Assembly (NCBI GenBank): GCA_964635645.1
Contig: CAZWOV010000001.1
Coordinates: 1-33,950, forward strand
From: an uncultured Planctomycetaceae bacterium
Lineage (GTDB): Bacteria; Planctomycetota; Planctomycetia; Pirellulales; Thermoguttaceae
Direction: 5' to 3'
DNA: 33,950 bases
In this document: piece after piece, positions 27,276 through 33,950 of the stretch
Layout: the number at the start of each line of letters is the position of its first letter
Numbering within the stretch: the stretch's first letter is position 1
The notes under the pieces: generated by a model
Database searches by the model: none
Seen by the model: the letters and a program-made list of their open reading frames with translations, nothing else
Told to the model about the DNA's origin: nothing
Made by a program: the position numbers and the translations under genes

Positions 27276-27352
27276 GGAATGAATTTCCTGAAGTTTTTCC
27301 ATTTTTATTTTATTTCTTCACGCTAAACGTTTGGAAATTTAACAGTAAGATT

Positions 27353-28798
27353 ATGAAACGTTTTTCCCGCCGAAAAATCCTCAAAGCGACTTCCGTCTCC
27401 ATATGCGCTCTGGGAGGAGCGAATATGCCGCGAAGAACAAACGCCCAGTTCAGCTGGATGAAACAAACTCCGAACACGCCGACCGGACCGCGCCGTCTTC
27501 CATACGTCTCCAACAATCCGGCCATTACTTTTCATCCGATGAACTGCGAACATTGCGGCGACTGCGTTTCCGTCTGCCGCGACGTTCAGACGGTCTTTGA
27601 CCATACGGGAAATTTCCCCGCGAATGAAGTTCCCTGCATTCACTGCGGTCAATGCGCCGCAATCTGTTGGAACAATGCGGTTACCGAACGTTTCGATCTT
27701 CAGGCAATTTACTCCGCTATCGTAGAAAACAGACAGGCTTCCTCCAAAAAAACATTTGTCGCGCTTGTCGCCCCGTCCGTCCGCGTAACGCTCGGCGAAA
27801 TGTTTAAGGCTCCCCCGGGAACCAACGTTGAGAAACAGGTCGTTACGGCGTTGCGTCAACTCGGTTTCGACTACGTTTTCGACGTGACTTTTGCCGCGGA
27901 CCTCACCGTTATGGAGGAAGTCGCAGAATTAAAGGAACGTTTGAAAAAGACGTCCGAAACTGGACAAAAAACGCCGCTGTTCACCAGTTGCTGTCCCTCG
28001 TGGGTCAAATTCGCGAGGCTTTTCTATCCCGACGTTCTTCCCAATATCTCGTCGTGCAAAAGCCCGATTATGATGCACGGAGCCGTCGTTAAAACCTGGT
28101 TTGCGCAGCAAAAGGGACTCCGCCCGGAAGATATCGTCGTCGTCGCGTTTACGCCGTGCACGGCAAAAAAATACGAACGGACGCTCGGAACAATGAACGA
28201 AATCGACTACGCGCTCACTACCCGAGAACTGGGTTGGTGGATGATGGAGTTCAAACTCGACCCCCAAACGCTTGCGGAAGGAAATTTCGATTCCATTCTC
28301 GGAAACGGTTCCGGAGCCGGAGACGTTTTCGGAAATACGGGAGGCGTAACCGAAGCAATCCTGCGGCAACTCTATTTCGATCTGCAGGGAACGGACGCGC
28401 CGAAAGACTTCCTCGCGTTTACGCCCGTTCGCAGTATGGACGGAGTACGGCAGACGGAGGTCAAAATCGGCGAAACGTCGCTCCGAATCGCAATCGTTCA
28501 CGGAACGGCCTCGGCAAGAAGACTTCTGGAGTCTCCCGATTTTCACTCAATGAACCTGGATTTCGTCGAAGTCATGGCCTGCCGCGGCGGCTGTATCGGA
28601 GGCGGAGGGTTGCCTAAAACTCAAATTCCTATCTCCGACGAACTCAAAAGGCAACGTATTCAGGGACTCTACGCTTCCGACCAGAAACGGAAGATCCGAA
28701 GAAGCGGAGCGAATCCGGAAATTCAGAAACTCTACGAAGCTTTCCTGAAAACGCCCGGAAACGAGATTCTCCACGTCGCGAAAACGGACGGAAAATAA
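27353..28798 (+). CDS. [FeFe]-hydrogenase catalytic subunit, single chain, with an N-terminal twin-arginine (Tat) signal
   Basis: H-cluster motifs TSCCPSW (L1), FTPCTAKKYE (L2) and EVMACRGGCIGGGG (L3). Two ferredoxin-type CxxCxxCxxxC motifs (CEHCGDCVSVC, CIHCGQCAAIC). I prefer the ATG at 27353, giving MKRFSRRKILKATSVSICALGGANMPRRTNAQ (SRRxxLK Tat consensus, then a hydrophobic region, then AxA-like NAQ). The C-terminal tail (NPEIQKLYEAFLKTPGNEILHV) resembles the small-subunit-like domain. Confidence 0.88.
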   Translation: MKRFSRRKILKATSVSICALGGANMPRRTNAQFSWMKQTPNTPTGPRRLPYVSNNPAITFHPMNCEHCGDCVSVCRDVQTVFDHTGNFPANEVPCIHCGQCAAICWNNAVTERFDLQAIYSAIVENRQASSKKTFVALVAPSVRVTLGEMFKAPPGTNVEKQVVTALRQLGFDYVFDVTFAADLTVMEEVAELKERLKKTSETGQKTPLFTSCCPSWVKFARLFYPDVLPNISSCKSPIMMHGAVVKTWFAQQKGLRPEDIVVVAFTPCTAKKYERTLGTMNEIDYALTTRELGWWMMEFKLDPQTLAEGNFDSILGNGSGAGDVFGNTGGVTEAILRQLYFDLQGTDAPKDFLAFTPVRSMDGVRQTEVKIGETSLRIAIVHGTASARRLLESPDFHSMNLDFVEVMACRGGCIGGGGLPKTQIPISDELKRQRIQGLYASDQKRKIRRSGANPEIQKLYEAFLKTPGNEILHVAKTDGK

Positions 28799-28874
28799 AA
28801 ATCAAAATTAGGAATGAAAAAACGCGAGACGCCCCCGATGCGTTTAACCGTCCCGAGTCAGCGCCCATGCCGAA

Positions 28875-29810
28875 TCACCTCGCCGCGTCGGGCCATTTGA
28901 CCAGAGCCTGCGTCCCCGCCTCCGCAAATCCGGACTCAACAAGCTTCGAATAGAGCTTTTCCGCTAACTTCACGGCGGGAAGAGCCAGTTTCATACTCGC
29001 GGCTTCATCGAGAGCAATACGAAGATCTTTCACAAAATGCGCGATTTTGAATCCCGGAGCAAAATCTCCACGCAGAATCCGCGGGCCAAGATTGGAAAGG
29101 GACCAGCTCCCCGCAGCGCCGCTGGAAACGGAAGCAAGAGCCTGATTCGGATCGAGTCCCGCCTCTTTCGCATAACGCAAAGCCTCGCACACTCCCAGCA
29201 TATTTCCGGCAATGAGAATCTGATTCGTCATTTTCGCGTGTTGCCCCATTCCAGGACCGCCCTGAAGCCGAACGTTGGCGCCGAGAATTTTCCATATCGG
29301 AGCCAATTCTTCAAAAGCGACGCGGCTCCCGCCCGCCATAATCGAAAGAGAACCGTTTTTAGCGCCGACGTCGCCGCCTGAAACGGGCGCGTCAAGAGCG
29401 TAAACGCCCATCTTTTCCGCAATTTCCGCAATTTTGACAGCCAACGACGGACGGCTGGTCGTCATGTCCACCACGATTTTCTTTCGCGCGTCCTTAACCG
29501 CTTCGATTCGCCTCATTCCCGCAAGAACGCCCGTCTCTGAATCAAGAACAACCGATTCGACGTCCGAAGGGTATCCGACCATAACAAAAACAACGTCCGC
29601 CTGCATGGCCGCGTCCGCCGGCGTTTCCGCCCAATCGGCGCCCGCTTCAAGAAGATTTTCAGCCTTTGATTTCGTTCGGTTAAAAACAACGCACGAATAT
29701 CCTGCCGACAAAAGGCGCCCGCACATGGCGGCGCCCATTATTCCGGTTCCAATCCACGCAAGTTTCGGCCTGTCCGACTTCTTTCCGTTATCGCTCATTA
29801 TTTCTCTCAT
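28875..29810 (-). CDS. NAD(P)-dependent beta-hydroxyacid dehydrogenase (3-hydroxyisobutyrate / 2-hydroxy-3-oxopropionate reductase family)
   Basis: Rossmann motif WIGTGIMGAAM. Family blocks DAPVSGG and GPGMGQHAKMTNQILIAGN. The start could be 29810 or the ATG at 29798. Confidence 0.85.
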   Translation of the reverse strand: MREIMSDNGKKSDRPKLAWIGTGIMGAAMCGRLLSAGYSCVVFNRTKSKAENLLEAGADWAETPADAAMQADVVFVMVGYPSDVESVVLDSETGVLAGMRRIEAVKDARKKIVVDMTTSRPSLAVKIAEIAEKMGVYALDAPVSGGDVGAKNGSLSIMAGGSRVAFEELAPIWKILGANVRLQGGPGMGQHAKMTNQILIAGNMLGVCEALRYAKEAGLDPNQALASVSSGAAGSWSLSNLGPRILRGDFAPGFKIAHFVKDLRIALDEAASMKLALPAVKLAEKLYSKLVESGFAEAGTQALVKWPDAAR

Positions 29811-29827
29811 GAACTTTTCAAATGAAA

Positions 29828-30307
29828 TTACTCCGCTTCTTCCGGAAAACCAATCTGGCGCATTGCTTCAAACGAACTGATTCCAACGCTCACCGAAAGA
29901 TTAAGACTCCGAATCTCCGGACGAATCGGAATCTTAACGCATTGATCGGAGTAGGTTTCATGAAACCAGTCCGGAAATCCGCGGCTTTCGCTGCCGAAAA
30001 CAAGAACGTCGTCCTTTTGATAGCGAACGTCGGCATACGAACGCTTCGCTTTCTTCGTGAAAAAAAAGTATCGATCCCACTGCGGAAGCTTCGCTCGAAG
30101 TTCTTCCCAGCTATCCGCTATCTCCCAATCCAGATACTGCCAGTAATCAAGCCCGGCCCGTTTCAAATTCCGATCCGTTATCTGAAACCCCATCGGACGA
30201 ACAAGCCAGAGTTTAGCCCCGGTTCCTACGCAACTTCGACCGACGGCTCCCGTATTATGGGGAATTTCAGGCTGAAAAAGCGCTATATTCAACACGTTAA
30301 AACCCAT
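29828..30307 (-). CDS. trmL: tRNA (cytidine/uridine(34)-2'-O)-methyltransferase, SpoU/TrmL family
   Basis: 159-aa ORF with the TrmL motifs LFQPEIPHNTGAVGRSC, LVFGSESRGFP and IPIRPEIRSLNLSVSVGI. Confidence 0.9.
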   Translation of the reverse strand: MGFNVLNIALFQPEIPHNTGAVGRSCVGTGAKLWLVRPMGFQITDRNLKRAGLDYWQYLDWEIADSWEELRAKLPQWDRYFFFTKKAKRSYADVRYQKDDVLVFGSESRGFPDWFHETYSDQCVKIPIRPEIRSLNLSVSVGISSFEAMRQIGFPEEAE

Positions 30308-30388
30308 ACAAATAGTAAAACTTGAGAAAATTTACGAATTTTTTTGAAAAATTTACTATATTTTGCTGAAAAATCTGTTTATCCCCCC

Positions 30389-30416
30389 TTCAAAATCCAC
30401 GGAAATCCGATATAAT
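30389..30416 (+). promoter_or_regulatory. putative sigma70 promoter for the CAP-domain gene
   Basis: TTCAAA (30389-30394), a 16-nt spacer, then a perfect TATAAT (30411-30416), about 130 nt upstream of the ATG at 30547. Confidence 0.35.
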
Positions 30417-30546
30417 CGCTACAGTTTCAGTAGACAAACCGTCTTTCCGGATTGTTCAGCTTTACCGCAACGTTAATATTTATCCAAAGTTAAGTTTTTA
30501 TTTTACCCGGCGAGAAGTAGCTCGCTATGGACTGAAAGGATTTAGT

Positions 30547-31476
30547 ATGTTTACCCGAATCGGATTTAAATTACTTGGTTTCATTCTGGCAGTCGCCCTG
30601 ATTGCCCAAAGCGCTCTCACAATCGAAGCCAGAGGGTATCGCCGTACCCAGACAAGAAATTCCAGCGCAAAAGTAACGGCGCCTCAACAGCGCGTCGTTG
30701 GCAAACCAGCAATCCCCGACCCGGGAAAGGAAGCCGTGAAAACGCTTTCGAGTTCAGCTCAAAAAACAACGAACAAAAATTCAGTTCATCCCGCCGTTCA
30801 CAAAGGCTTCGGCGAATATGAACTTTTAGGAACGGATTTTTCCCGGCTGTTCGACGTTATGCCCGAGCGGGAAGGATCGTTGCTGAAGGAAATGACGGAA
30901 AACTACAAACCGGACTACAGAGCCGTAATCGCTCAAAAATATCCGCAGGTTCGTCCTGAAATCCAGGGAACGCTTGCCAACATCGCCGAGGCCGTTCACA
31001 ACCAGAAAAGCAAATCGGAAATTGGTAAAATCGTCCGTGAAATTCCTATTCCGGTTCGACAGCTCAACGCGAACGAAGTTTTGGCCGTAAATCAGGAACT
31101 TGCGCCCGCTATCGACCCTGAAGAAGCCCGCGCGGTCCACGCTCTCAATCAGTTCAGAATGCGAAGCGGACTCCGTCCCTGCCTCATTGATCTTTTGCTC
31201 TGCCTCGTCTCAAGAGGACACAGTTCCGACATGAGAAGATACGGTTTCTTCTCGCACAATTCGCCCGTTGCCGGAAAAGCAAATTTCTCAAGCAGAGCAA
31301 GGCAGATGGGCGCAAGCGCAAGCGCGGAAAACATCTACATGGGCTCCTCAAACGGAAACGCCGCAAACTCCGCGTGGGCGAACAGCAGCGGACACCGCGC
31401 GAACATGCTCGGAGGATTCTCCAGAGTCGGAGTCGGACGGGTCGGCGGATATTTCACCCAGATGTTTGGACATTAA
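30547..31476 (+). CDS. secreted CAP/SCP/PR1-like domain protein
   Basis: Signal peptide (LLGFILAVALIAQSALT). C-terminal CAP-domain pattern: LNQFRMRSGL..., HSSDMRRYGFFSHNSP, ENIYMG, WANSSGHRANML, RVGVG. Confidence 0.8.
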   Translation: MFTRIGFKLLGFILAVALIAQSALTIEARGYRRTQTRNSSAKVTAPQQRVVGKPAIPDPGKEAVKTLSSSAQKTTNKNSVHPAVHKGFGEYELLGTDFSRLFDVMPEREGSLLKEMTENYKPDYRAVIAQKYPQVRPEIQGTLANIAEAVHNQKSKSEIGKIVREIPIPVRQLNANEVLAVNQELAPAIDPEEARAVHALNQFRMRSGLRPCLIDLLLCLVSRGHSSDMRRYGFFSHNSPVAGKANFSSRARQMGASASAENIYMGSSNGNAANSAWANSSGHRANMLGGFSRVGVGRVGGYFTQMFGH

Positions 31477-31547
31477 TTGGAAAACGTCCCGCAATAACGA
31501 AAAGGGAGCCGTAACCGCTTTTCACTGATTTATCGGAAATTTTTTCG

Positions 31548-31577
31548 GGAGGATTTTACTCAAATCCTCCTTTTTTT
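31548..31577 (+). terminator. rho-independent terminator of the CAP-domain gene
   Basis: GGAGGATTT (31548-31556) pairs perfectly with AAATCCTCC (31562-31570) across a 5-nt loop. T7 follows at 31571-31577. Confidence 0.85.
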
Positions 31578-31611
31578 GTTTTTTTCGTTCGTCCCTTTCT
31601 TCGAATCTCTC

Positions 31612-31640
31612 TTGACTTTTTATCTTTCCTGCGATATATT
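31612..31640 (+). promoter_or_regulatory. putative sigma70 promoter immediately upstream of the lipoprotein gene
   Basis: TTGACT (31612-31617), a 17-nt spacer, then TATATT (31635-31640). The ATG at 31647 lies only 6 nt after the -10 hexamer. Confidence 0.5.
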
Positions 31641-31646
31641 AATAAA

Positions 31647-32828
31647 ATGAAAGAAAAAACTCGTTTTGCATTCCTGATTCCATTACTCGTCGGCATAACG
31701 TCGGTCCTAACTCTATGCGGCTGCGCGCCCAAAGAGGAAAACGTCTCCAATAATAACGAAAACGCCCCTTCTGAAACGACTTTTCCCGCGCCAACCGAAC
31801 GGCAGGCGCGCGATTTCGCCCGCGCTCTGGAAGAACGCTTGAAAAACGGCGACTCCGAATTCTTTTTTCGCGCCGTCGATTGGAGCGCCCTGACGGACCG
31901 GGTTCTTTGCGGAATACCGCAATCCGCCGACAGCGAACGCTTTGATCGACGCTATCTGATCGGTCTCTTTTCTGAAAAGGGCGGCGTCGCCCAAAGCGTT
32001 GCGGAAAAAATACGTCAAGGGGGAACGTATCGCTTCCTGCGCGTAAAAAAACTCAACGGCGGCGGACTAGCCGTCACATTCAGACTCGTCGATACCGACG
32101 GAGGCCTGGACTATCACGACCTTTATCTGGAATGCAAAACGGGAGGACTCGTTCAGATCTATGAATTTTATTTTTACCATTTCGACGAAACTTTTTCCGA
32201 AACTCTCAGAAGAACCCTCGTTCCCAATCTCTACGTCGACGGAACAAACGACTACGGCGCCATTGCCTCCGAACTGATTATGATGCTCCACAAGGAAAAC
32301 AAACTCCTTATCCAGGAATTTTCAAAAGCGTTCGAAGAAAAAAAACCGCAGCGCGCGCTCGATCTTTTCGACCAGTTGCCGAAAGAACTCCGAAATCTCA
32401 AAACTTTCCAACTCTGGAGACTGAAATCCGCACAGATTCATCCAGACCCCGCCGTCTATTCCTTCGTCTTTGCCGACATTCGACAAAAATACGTTCAGGA
32501 AGGGTGGGTCGATTTCCTTTCGCTCGACTATTTCTTCAACCGTCGGGAATTTCAAAAGGCGCTTGCCTGCATAAACCATATTGACGCGCTGGTTGGCGGA
32601 GATCCGTATCTGGAAAATTTCCGATGCTGGGCTTACCTGAATTTGGAAAATATCTCTGAAGCCCAACGTCGCTTTGACGCGGCTATCGCAAAAGAACCCG
32701 CGCTGGCAAACGATCGCTCGTTCATAAGTCTAAAAAAACGGCTTGAAGCCGCGACGTTAAATCCTTTGGAACACGACCGGGAACTTAATCCGTTCAGAAA
32801 ACCGTTTCATTTGAAAAACATTGAGTAA
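31647..32828 (+). CDS. lipoprotein of unknown function (helical, TPR-like C-terminal part possible)
   Basis: 393-aa ORF. The N-terminus MKEKTRFAFLIPLLVGITSVLTLCGCAP has a lipobox-like LTLC/LCGC. I recognise no catalytic motif. Confidence 0.7.
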   Translation: MKEKTRFAFLIPLLVGITSVLTLCGCAPKEENVSNNNENAPSETTFPAPTERQARDFARALEERLKNGDSEFFFRAVDWSALTDRVLCGIPQSADSERFDRRYLIGLFSEKGGVAQSVAEKIRQGGTYRFLRVKKLNGGGLAVTFRLVDTDGGLDYHDLYLECKTGGLVQIYEFYFYHFDETFSETLRRTLVPNLYVDGTNDYGAIASELIMMLHKENKLLIQEFSKAFEEKKPQRALDLFDQLPKELRNLKTFQLWRLKSAQIHPDPAVYSFVFADIRQKYVQEGWVDFLSLDYFFNRREFQKALACINHIDALVGGDPYLENFRCWAYLNLENISEAQRRFDAAIAKEPALANDRSFISLKKRLEAATLNPLEHDRELNPFRKPFHLKNIE

Positions 32829-33031
32829 TCCGCCGCTTAAACATTTTCAACCCAGTCTTTCACCCTCGTCTTTCAACGTCCCGCGTCCGCGCGTTTCTCA
32901 AAACAATTCAAAAAAATTTCTCAAGACAATTTGAAAAAACAGGCAGATCGATCAAAAAACTCTTTCCCGCCTCTCGTCCGTACGCGGGCGTCCGCGCAGG
33001 CGCCCCAGCCGTTAAATTCCGTACGTTCCGC

Positions 33032-33051
33032 AAAAAAAAAAAAAAAAAAAA
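33032..33051. repeat. 20-nt poly(A) homopolymer tract in the intergenic region
   Basis: Counted directly: A at every position from 33032 to 33051. It lies 103 nt upstream of the ATG at 33154. Confidence 0.95.
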
Positions 33052-33153
33052 TAACTACATAACAAACAAAAAACATAGATTTTCCCAAAACCCGGTATAT
33101 AATATAAATTAAAATCATTATCCTTTAGAGTTCTTTGAGATTTAATAGAAACA

Positions 33154-33950
33154 ATGAAAAGATTAAGCCAAACTATCGCCGCCGCGCTTACCGCCTCGTT
33201 TGCTTTTACCAGCGGTCTCCATTCCATTCTGGACGCCGCGGAGTGGATTGGAACGACCGACTCCAACTGGACGACCGCGTCTAACTGGGCGTCCGGCGGC
33301 GTTCCCGCCTCCAACGACGCTATCTATATCCGAAAAACCGCGAACAACTTCCCCGTAATCAAAAACGGAGACTCCGTCGCGACCGGGTATCTTTATTCCT
33401 ACGGTCCCGTCTCGGTAACCATGAACGGCGGCTCGTTAAACCTCAACGGACGATGGCGTATCGGCGGCTCTGCCGGAACGGGAACCTCCGTCTTCAATTT
33501 TTACGGCGGAACGCTCAACGTCGGCAAAAACAACGACTACGGTTTCACGATGGGAGCGGGCCAGGTCATGACCATGAACGTCGGCGGCTCCGCGAAACTG
33601 GTTAATCCCGCCATCTTCAATCTCCACGCGGGCGCGTCCACTACCGAGGCGTCGACGATTAACGTGTCCGGCGGTTCCATTTTCCTCACCGACAGCCGTT
33701 TCATCATTGGAGAAGGCGGTTTGGCCGTTATGAATCTCACCGGCGGAGTCGTTTCCTCCAACTACCTTCAAATGGGACGCAACGAATCCGATACTCTCAA
33801 CGGCAACGTATCGTACCGCAACGCCAAAGGTTTCCTGAATATCGGTTCGAACGAAAAAACCGGCGACGGGCAAATCTACGTCCGCGATACCGCCAATATC
33901 GGCACCATGCAGAAGGAGGCCGCCGGAAGCGGTACGATCAACCTGAACTC
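33154..33950 (+). CDS. secreted beta-helix / autotransporter-associated beta-strand-repeat-type adhesin-like protein, N-terminal fragment (runs off the window)
   Basis: Frame +1 is open from the ATG at 33154 to the window end. It is absent from the ORF track because no stop is reached. Signal peptide MKRLSQTIAAALTASFAFTSGLHSILDAA. Next comes W.G....NW....NW..GG.P....D.. (EWIGTTDSNWTTASNWASGGVPASNDAIYI), the typical opening of these PVC-type surface proteins. G/N/T-rich beta-helix-like repeats follow. Confidence 0.65.
   Translation, partial: MKRLSQTIAAALTASFAFTSGLHSILDAAEWIGTTDSNWTTASNWASGGVPASNDAIYIRKTANNFPVIKNGDSVATGYLYSYGPVSVTMNGGSLNLNGRWRIGGSAGTGTSVFNFYGGTLNVGKNNDYGFTMGAGQVMTMNVGGSAKLVNPAIFNLHAGASTTEASTINVSGGSIFLTDSRFIIGEGGLAVMNLTGGVVSSNYLQMGRNESDTLNGNVSYRNAKGFLNIGSNEKTGDGQIYVRDTANIGTMQKEAAGSGTINLN

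Noticed and set aside
27266-27352. The TTG-initiated 29-residue N-terminal extension of the hydrogenase ORF given in the track.
   Set aside because: The extension (NQWNEFPEVFPFLFYFF...) overlaps the predicted promoter and operator and would bury the Tat signal. The ATG at 27353 gives a canonical Tat n-region.
33436-33873. 145-aa and 74-aa minus-strand ORFs near the right edge of the window.
   Set aside because: They are antisense to the open plus-strand frame that starts at 33154. That frame has a signal peptide and the characteristic W.G...NW...NW..GG.P adhesin opening.
1-33950. A search across the whole window for a defence island, mobile element, CRISPR array, tRNA or rRNA genes, toxin-antitoxin pairs or retron-like structures.
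   Set aside because: I found no integrase, transposase or recombinase motifs, no terminal inverted repeats, no regularly spaced direct repeats and no tRNA-like T-arm sequences. The gene content is housekeeping and cell-envelope related, and composition looks uniform by eye.

Overview
The window reads as an ordinary chromosomal, mostly housekeeping stretch. The protein families suggest a PVC-superphylum bacterium (Lentisphaerota, Planctomycetota or Verrucomicrobiota type), but that is inference only. I support 24 protein-coding features, most of them on the minus strand:
- tmk (fragment)
- a DegT-type aminotransferase
- an AddB-like PD-(D/E)XK nuclease
- a PQQ-like propeller with a polyacidic tail
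- pgi
- an HzsA-related propeller with three CxxCH motifs
- a PP2C phosphatase split by one in-frame TAA
- trmB
- fabZ
- an untracked 32-aa basic micro-ORF
- a 1085-aa GH38-like protein
- a two-repeat hypothetical protein
- lptB
- an oversized lepB
- an orphan pilT
- a secreted protein of unknown function
- a HAD hydrolase
- a membrane-anchored coiled-coil protein
- a Tat-signal [FeFe]-hydrogenase
- a beta-hydroxyacid dehydrogenase
- trmL
- a CAP-domain protein
- a lipoprotein
- the 5' part of a beta-helix adhesin-like gene

I also mark several hairpin terminators and sigma70-like promoters. I saw no rRNA, tRNA, CRISPR array, transposase, integrase, toxin-antitoxin pair or recognisable defence island, so I cannot honestly claim a novel multi-gene system here.

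The observations most worth a second look are:
- the in-frame stop in the PP2C gene
- the strongly signalled micro-ORF upstream of fabZ
- a 20-nt poly(A) tract upstream of the adhesin-like gene
- the self-exporting single-chain [FeFe]-hydrogenase with an operator-like palindrome at its promoter
- the HzsA-related heme protein
- the apparently catalytically degenerate GH38-like protein

All family assignments come from motif recognition by eye. None was verified by a database search.
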